From NCBI GenBank assembly GCA_034670305.1, contig JAXMNT010000056.1, positions 1 through 51,690 of the forward strand: 51,690 nt of DNA, given 5' to 3'. Positions 18,873 through 29,401 of the stretch are shown here, piece after piece. Source of the stretch: Deltaproteobacteria bacterium (GTDB lineage Bacteria > Myxococcota_A > Polyangia > Polyangiales > Houyiibacteriaceae). The notes under the pieces are model-generated. The model had not been told where the DNA came from, did not search any database, and worked only from the letters and a program-made list of their open reading frames with translations. Positions within the stretch are counted from its first letter, which is position 1. The number at the start of each line of letters is the position of its first letter. The position numbers and the translations under genes are program-made.

Positions 18873-18935
18873 GCGGCGAGTGTAGCCGAGCCCACCCAAT
18901 CAGGGGGGACGCATCTGTAGGTTCCACCCCCAACG

Positions 18936-18965
18936 AAAAATGCCACCCGCGAACGGGTGGCATTT
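18936..18965 (-). terminator. Intrinsic terminator
   Basis: 12-bp stem AAATGCCACCCG-TTCG-CGGGTGGCATTT with a T-tract on the minus strand, just after the stop at 18988. Confidence 0.75.
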
Positions 18966-18987
18966 CGGTCTCACGACGAGATCTCGC

Positions 18988-20211
18988 TCAGAAAGCGAAG
19001 ACCTCTTCGTTGTTGGCGATGGTGCCGAGCGAGGACTCGAGCCGACCCTGAACCTCGACCGTCTCGTCGACCTGGGCCTTGAGCTGGCTGATGTCGCGGA
19101 CGTACTCGGCGAAGAGGCTGGACTGCTCACCCAAGACGCCGATCGACTGCTGGGTGTTCACGAGGATGACCAGGCTGCCCGAGGTCTCTTCGTTGAGCTC
19201 CTGGCCGGAGAAGATCCCCTTCTCGACTTCCCGGCGTGCCCGCCGACTGGCCCGCACCTGGACGTTGCCGCTGGCTTCCGCGTCTTCTGGCACCCGAACG
19301 TACCCGAGGTTGCACAGCCATCGGCCGCTCTCCTCGTCGAGTCCCACCACACAGCCGGTCAGCGCGCTGGCTGTCTCAGTCATGGCGGCGGCCGCGTTGT
19401 TGAGCTCTTCCTGACGCTGTTCGCCCGCCGTCATGCCCTGCAGGGTCTCGATGCGGCTCCAGATCTGGTTGATGTGGTTGTAGTAGTCGAAGAGCGAGTC
19501 GACCGTGCCGGCTTCGAACAAGCTGTAGTGCTTGCGGGAGAACACGTTGGCGCCAAACGGCTTCTCGAGCGCGTTCAGTCCGGTGATGGCCTCGTAGTCG
19601 ACGCTCGGTGCTTTGCCAGGGGCCCCACGGGCGGCGGCGACCGCGCGGTCGATGAGTTGCTGGGCTTCGCCCACCCGGTTCGAGGACTCCCGCACCGCGT
19701 CGTACAGGTCCTTGCCGTCGCGGACCGCGATGTTGTGGAGCTTGCGGTCGTTCATCACGCTGCCGGTGCCGAAGCCCAGCAGCAGTCCGACGACCAAGCC
19801 CATGCCAAGCAGCATGAACGTGCGTCCCTTGCGCTTGCGCCCGACTTCCGCGTCTTCGACGGGTTTGTCGTCGAAGACCAGCCGGACTTCCTGCGGACCG
19901 GAGGACTGCTGCGCGGCGAACGGATCGCTCGGCGGGGCAACGGACTTCGGTCCTTCGGACTTCGGCTGCGCGAAGGGGGGCGCCACGAGGCCGCCGCCCT
20001 TGGCCGGCTTCGGCTTGGCGATGCCGGGGGGCGCAACGACGCCTCCGGGTTTCGGTTTGGCGGCTGCGGGGGCAGCGGCGCCGGTCGGAGCTGGTGCCGC
20101 GGAGCCAGGCGGCGGGGCCACGTCTCCACCCCCGGTGGGGGTGTTGGGCGCAATGGTGCGTCCCAGACGAGCCTTCAGATCCTTGATTTTACGGGGTTTC
20201 TTCGCGGCCAT
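18988..20211 (-). CDS. Hypothetical single-pass membrane protein (basic N-terminus, Pro/Ala linker, helical periplasmic region)
   Basis: Long ORF with strong codon bias, one TM segment and its own terminator. Confidence 0.8.
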   Translation of the reverse strand: MAAKKPRKIKDLKARLGRTIAPNTPTGGGDVAPPPGSAAPAPTGAAAPAAAKPKPGGVVAPPGIAKPKPAKGGGLVAPPFAQPKSEGPKSVAPPSDPFAAQQSSGPQEVRLVFDDKPVEDAEVGRKRKGRTFMLLGMGLVVGLLLGFGTGSVMNDRKLHNIAVRDGKDLYDAVRESSNRVGEAQQLIDRAVAAARGAPGKAPSVDYEAITGLNALEKPFGANVFSRKHYSLFEAGTVDSLFDYYNHINQIWSRIETLQGMTAGEQRQEELNNAAAAMTETASALTGCVVGLDEESGRWLCNLGYVRVPEDAEASGNVQVRASRRARREVEKGIFSGQELNEETSGSLVILVNTQQSIGVLGEQSSLFAEYVRDISQLKAQVDETVEVQGRLESSLGTIANNEEVFAF

Positions 20212-20368
20212 AGTGGTCCAAGCCCCTCCAAGGGCGGGCGCGAACGTATCGTTCGGGTCGAGTAAACGTCAAGCTCGGAGACCGTCAAAATGGGGAACAG
20301 TCGGACGATCCGGCCGGATTGGCCGGAGCATGCGCGATCCGGGCGCTGACAACAAACGGTCGGTGCGA

Positions 20369-21037
20369 TCAGTCCGGCGGGGTGGGCGGTTCGGCCAGCC
20401 GATCCATCAACGCACCGACCGCAGCCTCCGCCGCGCGTTGCTCCGCGATCGCATCCAGCAGCTGCAGGTCTTCGATGAGTCCGCGTTCGAGCGCGGCTCC
20501 GTAGTGTTCGAGCGCGGTCGCTCGGGCGTCGAGGGCGGCAACCGCTTCCTCGCGCAGCGCTTCGCCGCGCGGGGTCGTCACGCGGACCGCCTCCATGGTT
20601 CGGGCGTGCCGGCGGGCCGCGGGGAGGGCGCCCGCACGCAGCAGCTGGGCCGCCCGCACCGGCAGGTCTTCGGCGACCGCCTCTTCGACCTCTTCCATCG
20701 CATCCAACTCCAGGTGATCGCTCAACTCCGCGGCGATGCGCGCGACGTCGTCGGACACGGCCGTGGCGGGGTCGGGGGCGTCGGCGCCGCAAGCGCACAG
20801 TAGGGCGAGTAGGGCGAGGCTGGAGGCTGCCGCGGATGGTGTCGAAGCCGATGCCCATCCCGAGGCCGAAGCCGATGCCGAAGCCGAAGCCGGTGCCGAA
20901 GCCGAAGCCGAAGCCGAAGCCGAAGCCGAAGCCGAAGCCGATGCCGAAGCCGATGCCGAAGCCGATGCCGAAGCCGATGCCGAAGCCGATGCCGAAGCCG
21001 AATCCGATACCGAATCCGGGACCGCAGCCGGGCTCAC
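20369..21037 (-). CDS. Hypothetical helical lipoprotein whose N-terminus reads through a (Ser-Ala)n hexamer tract
   Basis: The GTG start overlaps the upstream TGA (GTGA at 21034-21037). 'LALLALLCAC' lipobox follows the tract. Start uncertain. Confidence 0.6.
   Translation of the reverse strand: MSPAAVPDSVSDSASASASASASASASASASASASASASASASASASAPASASASASASGWASASTPSAAASSLALLALLCACGADAPDPATAVSDDVARIAAELSDHLELDAMEEVEEAVAEDLPVRAAQLLRAGALPAARRHARTMEAVRVTTPRGEALREEAVAALDARATALEHYGAALERGLIEDLQLLDAIAEQRAAEAAVGALMDRLAEPPTPPD
20843..21018. repeat. Hexamer tract C: (GCCGAA/GCCGAT)n
   Basis: Visible tandem hexamers. Confidence 0.95.
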
Positions 21038-21906
21038 GACCAGCCTCGCTCCCGGTAGAACTTCTCGATGCGCAGGTTCACCAGTTCGGGGTACTCGACC
21101 GCGAGGTAGTGGGTACCGCCGGGGACGACCAGGAGTTCAGCGCCTGGGATGCGGCGGGCCATGCGTTCGGCGGCGCTCCGGGGCGTGAAGAGGTCTTTGT
21201 CGCCTGCGATGACGAGGGCGGGCACATCCACCTCGTCGAGCAGGCGGGTCGCGTCGTGTTCGCCGAGCAGCTCGAGCACGCGCATGTAGACCTTCATGTC
21301 GAGGTCCGCGAACGAACCCGCGAGCTGATGAAAGATGTCTTCGTCCAGCGTCTTGGCGGCGAGGCCGATGCGTTTGGCCCAGGTCACGGTCTCCGGAATG
21401 TTCACGAGCCGGCGGGTGATCGCTTCGGCCACGCGTGGGAACGCGCCAATGCCCCGAATCACCGGTGGCAGCACGTCGCCCATGAGGCCGAGGTTGAGGA
21501 CCGTGTTCCAAGGTTGTCCGGACACGCCATTGACGAGCGTCAGGGCCGAGACGCGGTCGGGGTGTCGGCCGCACATCTCGAGCGCGACCTGCACCCCCAT
21601 GGACCATCCAATGAGCGCGGCGCGGTCGACGCCTTCGGCATCCAGTACCGCCAGCCCATCGCGCATGTGATCGGAGACGCGGAGTGCGTCGAGATCGGGT
21701 GGCGGTCCGCTGCGGTAGAGCCCTCGGTAGTCCCAGCTGATGAAGCGGTAGCGATCCTGGAAGTACCGAATCTGATGGCTCCAGGCCATCCAGCTCCCGC
21801 CGAGTCCGTTGCACAGCAGGACCGGCTTGCCTTCGCCGACCACGTGGTACGCGATCTCGGTGCCGTCGAACGAGTCGACCCGGCGCTCTTCCACGTCGAG
21901 TTTCAT
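21034..21906 (-). CDS. Alpha/beta-fold hydrolase
   Basis: 'WDYRG', nucleophile elbow GWSMG, 'IAGDKD', 'GGTHY'. Confidence 0.9.
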   Translation of the reverse strand: MKLDVEERRVDSFDGTEIAYHVVGEGKPVLLCNGLGGSWMAWSHQIRYFQDRYRFISWDYRGLYRSGPPPDLDALRVSDHMRDGLAVLDAEGVDRAALIGWSMGVQVALEMCGRHPDRVSALTLVNGVSGQPWNTVLNLGLMGDVLPPVIRGIGAFPRVAEAITRRLVNIPETVTWAKRIGLAAKTLDEDIFHQLAGSFADLDMKVYMRVLELLGEHDATRLLDEVDVPALVIAGDKDLFTPRSAAERMARRIPGAELLVVPGGTHYLAVEYPELVNLRIEKFYRERGWS

Positions 21907-21946
21907 CGGGGGTCCGTCTCGTGGGCCCGGACTCTGCGCACACACA

Positions 21947-22855
21947 TCAACATGCGGCGGGTGTAGCCGAGATGTCCGGATCCAGCCAGCGTCGCAGCGT
22001 GGCCTCGGGGTCGGCCGTGCGCATCAGCCCTTCGCCCACCAGGACGGCGTCGGCGCGGCCTTCCGCGACGGCTTCGAGATCGGACCGGGTCTTCACCCCG
22101 CTCATGAACACCGCGACGCGGTCGTCCGGCACGACCTCCAGGCAACGTCGCGCGAGCGTCGGGTCGACACGAAAGGTGCGCAGGTCGCGCGCGTTGACGC
22201 CGACGATGGCGGCACCAGTGGCGAGGGCGCGCTGCATCTCGTCGGCGTCGGCGGCTTCCACCACCGGCAAGAGCCCGAGATCCTCGGCGGCGCGGACAAG
22301 CCGCACGAGCGTCGAGGGCTCGAGCGCGCGCACCAAGAGAAGTACGAGCGACGCACCGCATTGGCGGGCGAGCTCGAGTTGCACTTCGTGGAGTACGAAC
22401 TCCTTGAAGAGCACTGGTACGGCTGCGGCGGTGGCGACGCGTCGCACGGTCAACGGCGATCCGCCGAACCCGGGGCCATCGGCGAGTACGCTGATCGCGG
22501 ACGCGCCGCCCCGTTCGTACGCACCGGCGACCCGCACGGCTTCTCCCGGTGACCAGGGGCGGATCTCACCGGCCGAGGGGCTGCGAAACTTCACCTCCGC
22601 GATGACGTGGGGCAGGGCGCCAGGAGGGCGTCGGAGGCGCGAGAGGGTCTCGATCATCCGTTGGGCCGGCGACGCGGCACCGCGACCCGCAGCAGCAGCG
22701 GCGGAGTCGGCGAGAGAGTCGGCAGCACGATCGGCAGCCGCACTGCCGTTTCCAGCCGACGCGTGGCGGATGCGTCGCGCCACTTCGCGACCTTTGCGTT
22801 CGAGGATGTCGCCGAGCACGCCCCCGGGCGCGGCGGTGCCGAGCGTCTCCGTCAC
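21947..22855 (-). CDS. trpC: Indole-3-glycerol phosphate synthase
   Basis: 'VIAEVKFRSPSAG', 'ASAISVL', 'VGVNARDL', 'VLVGEGLM'; follows trpD. Confidence 0.92.
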   Translation of the reverse strand: MTETLGTAAPGGVLGDILERKGREVARRIRHASAGNGSAAADRAADSLADSAAAAAGRGAASPAQRMIETLSRLRRPPGALPHVIAEVKFRSPSAGEIRPWSPGEAVRVAGAYERGGASAISVLADGPGFGGSPLTVRRVATAAAVPVLFKEFVLHEVQLELARQCGASLVLLLVRALEPSTLVRLVRAAEDLGLLPVVEAADADEMQRALATGAAIVGVNARDLRTFRVDPTLARRCLEVVPDDRVAVFMSGVKTRSDLEAVAEGRADAVLVGEGLMRTADPEATLRRWLDPDISATPAAC

Positions 22856-22859
22856 CGCT

Positions 22860-23897
22860 TCACGCCTGCGTCTCGGCCGCCCAGCGCTCGAGCAGCGCGC
22901 CGGCACGTCCGTCGTCGATGCATGCGGCAGCGAGCTGTGCCCCCTCGCGGGGCGTGTCGGCGCGGCCCGCCACCATGAGCGCGGCCGCCGCGTTCAAGAG
23001 GACGGCTGTGCGGGGGGCGCTCTTCTCTCCCGACAACACCGTGCGCGCGATGGCGCCGTTCACCTCGGCGTCGCCTCCAACCAGCGCGCGAAGCGGGACC
23101 GGCTCGAGTCCGAAGTGCGCGGGTGAGAGCTCCGCTTCCACCACGACGCCATCCACCAGCTTCGCGACGTGTGTGGGTCCTTCGGTAGAGATCTCGTCCA
23201 GGCCGCCGGCGCCGTGCACCACCCACGCGCCGTGGCTTCCGAGCTGTTGCAGCACCTCGCACATCGTGCGCACGCGGGTCCGGTCGTAGACGCCGAGCAG
23301 CTGATGGGTGGCGCCTGCCGGGTTCGCGAGCGGACCGAGCAGGTTGAAGAACGTGCGGACGCCGAGTTCCCGACGGACTGGCGCTGCGTGTTTCATCGCG
23401 CCGTGGTGCGCGGGTGCGAAGAGAAAACCGATCCCGATCGTGCGAATGATCTCGCCCACGCGTTGCACGGGGAGATCGATGCGCACGCCGAGCGCTTCGA
23501 GCACATCGGCGCTCCCCGCTTTGCTGGAGACCGCGCGGTTGCCGTGTTTGGCGACGGTGACACCAGCCGAGGCCACGACGATGGCGGCCACCGTCGAGAT
23601 GTTGAACGTGCCGAGGCCGTCGCCGCCGGTCCCGCACGTGTCCAGGATCGGTCCGTCGACTTCCAGCTGCACCCGGTCGGCACGCGCGCGAAGAACCCCG
23701 GCGGCGGCGGCGAGTTCACCGGCGCTCTCGCCGCGCATCCGGAGCGCGATGGCAAGCGCGGCGAGCTGGCTCTGGCTCGCGGCGCCTTCCAAGATTTCGT
23801 TCATCGCGGCCTGCATCTCAGCGCGCGAGAGTTCGTGGCGTTCGAGGACCCGCGCCAGCGCCGATCGAACGGCGGTCGCCTCGTTCTCAGAGCTCAC
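22860..23897 (-). CDS. trpD: Anthranilate phosphoribosyltransferase
   Basis: 'DTCGTGGDG..TFNIST', 'KHGNRAVSSKAGSADVLEALG', 'FNLLGPLANP'. Confidence 0.96.
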   Translation of the reverse strand: MSSENEATAVRSALARVLERHELSRAEMQAAMNEILEGAASQSQLAALAIALRMRGESAGELAAAAGVLRARADRVQLEVDGPILDTCGTGGDGLGTFNISTVAAIVVASAGVTVAKHGNRAVSSKAGSADVLEALGVRIDLPVQRVGEIIRTIGIGFLFAPAHHGAMKHAAPVRRELGVRTFFNLLGPLANPAGATHQLLGVYDRTRVRTMCEVLQQLGSHGAWVVHGAGGLDEISTEGPTHVAKLVDGVVVEAELSPAHFGLEPVPLRALVGGDAEVNGAIARTVLSGEKSAPRTAVLLNAAAALMVAGRADTPREGAQLAAACIDDGRAGALLERWAAETQA

Positions 23898-24481
23898 GCA
23901 GCAGCCTTGTGACCGCAATCGCGGGTCAGCCAGTTGCGAAGCAGCGTGTGGCCGTGTTCGGTGAGAAACGACTCGGGATGAAACTGGACGCCTTCGATGG
24001 GGAGCGTGCGGTGCCGAAGCCCCATGACTTCGCCTTCTTCCGTCCACGCGGTGCGCTCGAGCACATCCGGGATCTCTGTGGGCTCCGCGACCAGCGAGTG
24101 GTAGCGGGTCGCCACGAAGGGCGAGGGCAGGCCCTCGAACACGCCTCTGCCCTCATGAAGGATCGGCGAGGTGCGGCCGTGCATGAGTCGTGGCGCACGC
24201 ACGATGCGCCCGCCGAAGTGCTGCGCGATGCACTGGTGTCCGAGGCACACCCCCAGGATCGGCACCACGCCTCCGAGGGACGCGATCACGTCCAGGCTGA
24301 TGCCGGCATCGTCGGGGGTGCCGGGGCCCGGGCTGATCAGCACCCCGTCCGGACGCTTCGCTTCGATCGCCGAGACATCGATCGCGTCGTGCCGGTGGAC
24401 TTCGACCGATTCGCCGAGTTCTCCGAGGTACTGCACGAGGTTGAACGTAAACGAGTCGTAGTTGTCGACGACGAGGATCAC
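23894..24481 (-). CDS. trpG: Anthranilate/aminodeoxychorismate synthase glutamine amidotransferase component II
   Basis: 'DNYDSFTFNL', 'SPGPG', 'GVCLGHQ', 'RYHSL', 'QFHPES'; coupled to trpD. Confidence 0.92.
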   Translation of the reverse strand: MILVVDNYDSFTFNLVQYLGELGESVEVHRHDAIDVSAIEAKRPDGVLISPGPGTPDDAGISLDVIASLGGVVPILGVCLGHQCIAQHFGGRIVRAPRLMHGRTSPILHEGRGVFEGLPSPFVATRYHSLVAEPTEIPDVLERTAWTEEGEVMGLRHRTLPIEGVQFHPESFLTEHGHTLLRNWLTRDCGHKAAA

Positions 24482-24616
24482 GCCCGCAGTGGAGCGCATC
24501 CGCCGCCCGGGTGCCAGTCTTCTCTACGGTCGCGTGTTCTGGCGCGAGGGCCCAGCGCTGGCTCGGTCCGGAAGCTTCGGCAGCGCGGGGTCGGCGCCTT
24601 CCGATGAAACGGGGAC

Positions 24617-25312
24617 GTGCTATGCCTCGGGGTGCCTTCGACTGCGTTCGCCATCGCCTCCTCGGGGGAACTACGCGCGAGGATTCGACAGACCTGGCTC
24701 GTGGGCACGTCCGCGATCCGCCGCGGTGCGGGGCCGGTGCCCCGGCGCGTCGGGCGCGTCGTCTTCGTGCATGGATTTCTGGCCACCGGCGCGGTGCTGC
24801 ATCCGCTCCGGGACCGGGTGCGGGCGGTGGGGTTTGGTACCCACGAGCTGAGCTACGGCCCGCAAGTACCGTTCGTGGGGATCGCGGAGCGGCTGCGAAC
24901 GCTCGTTGATACCGACGTGCCTCGCGACGAACCGGTCGTCTTGGTGGGGCACTCGCTCGGGGGCCTCGTCAGTCGCTGGTACCTTCAGAAGCTCAGCGGA
25001 CGTGACCGCGTTTGCGGACTCGTGACGCTCGCGACGCCGCACGGAGGCGTCGCGCAAGCGCGCCTCTTGCCGACCTCGGTGGGTCATGCGCTGCGTCCTG
25101 GGGGTGTGTACCTCCGCGCGCTCGAGGCCCAGTCGTCGGTGCCGCACGTGAACATCTTTGGCGAGGCGGATCACATCGTGCCGGTGCAGAGCGGCGCGGC
25201 GGTGGTTGGCGCAGAGTCGGTCGGGTTGCCCTGCGACCACAACGAGCTGCTCTACGATCCTGACGCGCACGCCGAAGTTCTCGCCGCGATCGAACGATTC
25301 TTGCGCCCCTGA
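24617..25312 (+). CDS. Lipase/esterase-like alpha/beta hydrolase
   Basis: 'FVHGF', GHSLGG, 'TLATPHGG', terminal His motif; start uncertain. Confidence 0.8.
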   Translation: MLCLGVPSTAFAIASSGELRARIRQTWLVGTSAIRRGAGPVPRRVGRVVFVHGFLATGAVLHPLRDRVRAVGFGTHELSYGPQVPFVGIAERLRTLVDTDVPRDEPVVLVGHSLGGLVSRWYLQKLSGRDRVCGLVTLATPHGGVAQARLLPTSVGHALRPGGVYLRALEAQSSVPHVNIFGEADHIVPVQSGAAVVGAESVGLPCDHNELLYDPDAHAEVLAAIERFLRP

Positions 25313-25341
25313 CGCGGGCGCCATCGGCTACCGTCTTGGGC

Positions 25342-27417
25342 ATGATGGTTCGATGCCCGCTGGTTGCCGTTCTGCTTCTCATCGCCTGCGGCGACGACAC
25401 GATGCCCGGCGCCGACGCCGACGTCGACGTCGACGCTGGATGTACGGAAGCCCGCGACTGCGACGACGGAGTGTTCTGCAACGGGATCGAGCTGTGCAAC
25501 ATGGGCGGGTGCCTGGCCGGCGCGGACCCGTGCCCCGAACCGCTCTTGTGCGACGACAGCGTCGACCGCTGTCAGTCGCCGGGCTGTGAGTTCCCAGACG
25601 CCGACGGAGACGGGCGCGACTCGAGCGCCTGCGGTGGCGACGACTGCGACGACGCCGACGCGACCCGCTTCCCGGGCAACACCGAGGTGTGCGACGACCG
25701 CGACGACGACTGCGACGCGACCACGCTCGGCGGCCGAGACGACGACGGGGACGGTTTCGTCGATGCCATGTGTTGCAACGGCGCGACCTGCGGCACCGAC
25801 TGCGACGACTCGAACGAAGCGGTCGGACCGGGCGTCCCGGAGGTCTGCAACGACGTCGACGACGACTGCGACCTCGCCGTGGACGAAGGCGTGCTGCGCA
25901 GCTTCTTCCCGGACACCGACGGAGACAACTTCGGAGACGCCTCCGCGATGCCGGTGCAAGCCTGCGGGGCCGCGGCGATGTTCGCGGAGAACAGCCTCGA
26001 CTGCGACGACACCATGTCCGAGATCAGCCCCACCGGGACGGAACTCTGCGACGGCATCGACAACAACTGCAATGGCACGGTGGACGATGTCGCCGCGACT
26101 CGACTGGCGTGTACCAGTCAGTTCGGATCCCCACCCAACACCTTCTTCGACTGCATCGCCGGCGGCTGCGTGGTGCGCGGGTGCTCCGATGGGTACGCCG
26201 ACTGCAATGGCGAACCGAGCGACGGCTGCGAAGTAAACGTCTCGAACGACTCCGCGCACTGCGCGACCTGCGGCCACTCGTGCGGGGTCGCCAGCGAGTG
26301 CACGCTCGGCGTGTGTGACGAAGTCGTCGACATCGCCGCGGGCAGCGACACCACCTGTGCCGTACGCAGCAGCGGCGTCGTCGTCTGCTTTGGTGCCAAC
26401 ACCTACGGGCAGCTCGGCAACGTGTCGGTCGTCGACAGCACGATCCCAGTCCAGGTTCGATCGGTCGAAGGGGTGACGTCGCTCGCCGCGAGCGCGTTCG
26501 GAGAAATGTTCGGTGCGCCCGGCGACGCGACCTGTCCGTTCACCTGCGCGCGGGGACCGGGCCTCGTGTACTGCTGGGGCTGCAACCAGTTCGGCCAAAT
26601 GGGCGATGGCGATCCGGAGCTGCGGAGCCTCTTTCCACAGCCGGTCGAGGCGCTGCCGGTCGGCAGCGCGCGGGTCATCGACTTGGGGCGGGTTGTGGTC
26701 GGCGGTGCGCATGCGTGCGTTGAGCAGGACAGCGCGATGGACGGTCTCTCGGTCGCGTGCTGGGGACTGAATCAGTTCGGACAGATCGACGAGTCCGGGG
26801 ACGCTGGTGAGCGCACGGCGACGCTGCTGGCGGCGGTCGAGCCGCGTTCGATCAGCGCGGGGCTCAACCACACCTGTTGGCTGAGCGCCTCGGGTTCCGC
26901 CCATTGCATCGGTCGCGCCAGCGAAGGGCAACTCGGCGGCGGCAGCGGAACCACGCCGGTCGCGGGTCGCAACACGTACACCGATCTCGCGCTCGGGCAG
27001 GACTTCTCCTGCGGGCTCACCGACGCCGGCGAAGTCTTGTGCTGGGGAGAGGGATCGGCGGGACAGCTCGGTACCCCCGGAGACAGCACCGTGCCGCGTC
27101 GCACCGCGTTGAGCGACATCGTGCAGATCTCGGCGGGCCGGCTCCATGCGTGCGCCGTGGACACCGCGGGCGACGTGTTCTGTTGGGGTGGCAACAGCGC
27201 TGGGCAGGCGGGCGCCGCGGGCGGCAACGTGCAGAACGCCGCGCGGGTGGCAGGCATCGACGACGCGGTGAAGGTGTCGTGCGGTCTCGCGCACACCTGC
27301 GCGCTGCGGACCGACGGAAGCGTGTGGTGCTGGGGCAACAACACCCGCGGCGCGCTCGGAACGGGCGAAGGTGGGGCGCGGCACGTACCGATGCCTGCGG
27401 AGAACCTGGGGCCGTAG
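25342..27417 (+). CDS. Surface lipoprotein with Cys/Asp (MopE-like) repeats and an RCC1-like propeller
   Basis: Lipobox 'LIAC'; repeated 'DCDD...PG..EVC...DDDCD'; repeated 'HTCA...G.V.CWG.N..GQLG'. Confidence 0.88.
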   Translation: MMVRCPLVAVLLLIACGDDTMPGADADVDVDAGCTEARDCDDGVFCNGIELCNMGGCLAGADPCPEPLLCDDSVDRCQSPGCEFPDADGDGRDSSACGGDDCDDADATRFPGNTEVCDDRDDDCDATTLGGRDDDGDGFVDAMCCNGATCGTDCDDSNEAVGPGVPEVCNDVDDDCDLAVDEGVLRSFFPDTDGDNFGDASAMPVQACGAAAMFAENSLDCDDTMSEISPTGTELCDGIDNNCNGTVDDVAATRLACTSQFGSPPNTFFDCIAGGCVVRGCSDGYADCNGEPSDGCEVNVSNDSAHCATCGHSCGVASECTLGVCDEVVDIAAGSDTTCAVRSSGVVVCFGANTYGQLGNVSVVDSTIPVQVRSVEGVTSLAASAFGEMFGAPGDATCPFTCARGPGLVYCWGCNQFGQMGDGDPELRSLFPQPVEALPVGSARVIDLGRVVVGGAHACVEQDSAMDGLSVACWGLNQFGQIDESGDAGERTATLLAAVEPRSISAGLNHTCWLSASGSAHCIGRASEGQLGGGSGTTPVAGRNTYTDLALGQDFSCGLTDAGEVLCWGEGSAGQLGTPGDSTVPRRTALSDIVQISAGRLHACAVDTAGDVFCWGGNSAGQAGAAGGNVQNAARVAGIDDAVKVSCGLAHTCALRTDGSVWCWGNNTRGALGTGEGGARHVPMPAENLGP

Positions 27418-27456
27418 CGAGAGGCTGAGCCCCCGTGCGCGTGGGTTTGCGGTTGG

Positions 27457-27594
27457 GCCGAGGCCGAAGCCGAAGCCGAAGCCGAATCCGACGCCGAAGC
27501 CGAATCCGACGCCGAAGCCGAGGCCGAAGCCGAAGCCGACGCCGAAGCCGAGGCCGAAGCCGAGGCCGAAGCCGAAGCCGAGGCCGAAGCCGAG
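27457..27594. repeat. Hexamer tract D: (GCCGAA/GCCGAG/TCCGAC)n between convergent genes
   Basis: Visible tandem hexamers. Confidence 0.95.
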
Positions 27595-27604
27595 CCCAGG
27601 CTCC

Positions 27605-29401
27605 TCAGTGTGTGGGCAGGGCGGCGGTGGAAGCGGGGGTGGGGCGGCGGTGGGGTGGTTCTTTGGGGAGCCAGACTCGGAAGGCGGCGCCGCCGAGTTC
27701 GCTGTCGCCGACGGTGATGGTGCCTGAGTGGGCGTCGACGATTTGTTTGGCCAGCGCGAGGCCCATGCCCATGCCGAGGCTGCGCTTGGAGAAGAACATC
27801 TCGAAGAGCCGAGGGCGGTCTGCTTCGGGCACCCCAGGGCCAGCGTCGGAGACGAGCAGCTCCACGCCTTCGCCCTCCGCTTGGATGCGGATCTCGACGC
27901 GGCCGTTTTGGGGGCTGGCTTGCACCGCGTTCTTCAGCAGGTTCCACAGGAGCTGGCGGAGGCGGTCCGGATCGACGTGGGCCACGAGCTCTGCGTCCGG
28001 GCAAACCAGCTCGATGTGGGCACGCTGGAGGGTCTCGTCTTGGGCGGCGACGGCGGCCACGTCCCGGGCCACGGCGGTGATGTTCGTGGCGCCTGGACGC
28101 GGGATCGACGGACGCCCGATGTCCAGCATCGTGGTCACCAGCTGGTTGAGGCGGTCGACCTCGGTCGAGATGATGCCCAGGAGCTGACGGTCGTCTTCGT
28201 CCAGTTCGGACGACTCCGCGACCATCTGGACCGAACCCGAGATCGACCCGAGCGGGTTGCGGATCTCGTGGGCCAAGGCCGCCGCCACGCCGCCCAAGAG
28301 CGCGAGGCGCTGCGCTCGGTCGGCTTCGACCCGCAACGCTTGGACTTCGGTCAGATCGGCGAAGACGACGAGGGATCCCTCGACCTCGCCATCGGTGTTG
28401 CGGAGCGGTGTCTTGCTGTAGCCGATGGGAAAGTTCGAGCCGTCGGGGCGGACGGCGTCGACCTCACCGCGGGCTTCGTCCTCGAGTTGCATGAACGCGC
28501 CCACGAGTTCGCCTTCGAGCGCGGGTGGCTCCACGCCGAACATGGCAGCTGCGGCGGGGTTGGCTTGCACGATGCGATCGGCCAAATCGATGGTCAGCAA
28601 ACCGGAACTCATGGACCGCACGATGTCGAAGTTCCGCTGTGCGAGGTGCAGCACCCGGGCCTCGGCGCGCTCGATGCGGCCACCAGCGCTGAGCAACCGC
28701 CCACTGAGATAACTCGCGAGCGCGCCTACCACGATCAGCGCGACGGTGTTCGAGAAGAGCGCAAAGCCGAGTTCGGTTGCCTGCAACTCGTAGGGGCGGG
28801 CGGCTTGGTCCGGCGGGGCGGGGAGGGCGCCGGTTGCGACCGCGTACCCGAGACCCGCGTACACGACGATGGAGATGCCCGCGACGAACCTCGAACCCGC
28901 GGGACCGAGCGTCATGGCGGTGTAGAGGACAACGATGCCGTACAGCACCGTGAACACGCTTCCCGCGGCGCCGGACACGTAGACGAGCACACTCGCCAAG
29001 CAGAGGTCGAACGCGATCTGCTCGATGGTGATGAGCCGCAAGGAAGCGCGGCCGGTCATGAGCTGCGCGGCGAACATGCCGGTCGCGGCGAACATGGCGA
29101 TGGTGGCCGCGATGAGGGCCACCGGCGTGAAGGCGGTCATGCCGCGCGCGCCGTCGATCGCGAAGAGGAGCGTGCCCCCGAAGAGCAGCGTCGCGACCAC
29201 GAGTCGGCTGAGAAGCAGCACGTTCAGACGACGTCGCAGCGTGCTCGGCGGCATGGCGCGTGGGATGTCGAACGCACTGTCGTCTCCACGGACGGACACG
29301 GTGTGTCGACCGCCGGCGCGGCGGTCGCCGTCCGAAAGGCGGTGTTGGCCCCGGGAATCGCGGTGTTGGCTTCCCGAAACGCCGTCCGGGTCGGGGCTCA
29401 C
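27605..29401 (-). CDS. pilS: PilS-like membrane PAS sensor histidine kinase
   Basis: About six TM helices, PAS domain, H-box 'AHEIRNPL', N-box 'NLLKNA', 'DAGPG', 'GMGLA'; directly after pilC. The real start may be further downstream. Confidence 0.8.
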   Translation of the reverse strand: MSPDPDGVSGSQHRDSRGQHRLSDGDRRAGGRHTVSVRGDDSAFDIPRAMPPSTLRRRLNVLLLSRLVVATLLFGGTLLFAIDGARGMTAFTPVALIAATIAMFAATGMFAAQLMTGRASLRLITIEQIAFDLCLASVLVYVSGAAGSVFTVLYGIVVLYTAMTLGPAGSRFVAGISIVVYAGLGYAVATGALPAPPDQAARPYELQATELGFALFSNTVALIVVGALASYLSGRLLSAGGRIERAEARVLHLAQRNFDIVRSMSSGLLTIDLADRIVQANPAAAAMFGVEPPALEGELVGAFMQLEDEARGEVDAVRPDGSNFPIGYSKTPLRNTDGEVEGSLVVFADLTEVQALRVEADRAQRLALLGGVAAALAHEIRNPLGSISGSVQMVAESSELDEDDRQLLGIISTEVDRLNQLVTTMLDIGRPSIPRPGATNITAVARDVAAVAAQDETLQRAHIELVCPDAELVAHVDPDRLRQLLWNLLKNAVQASPQNGRVEIRIQAEGEGVELLVSDAGPGVPEADRPRLFEMFFSKRSLGMGMGLALAKQIVDAHSGTITVGDSELGGAAFRVWLPKEPPHRRPTPASTAALPTH

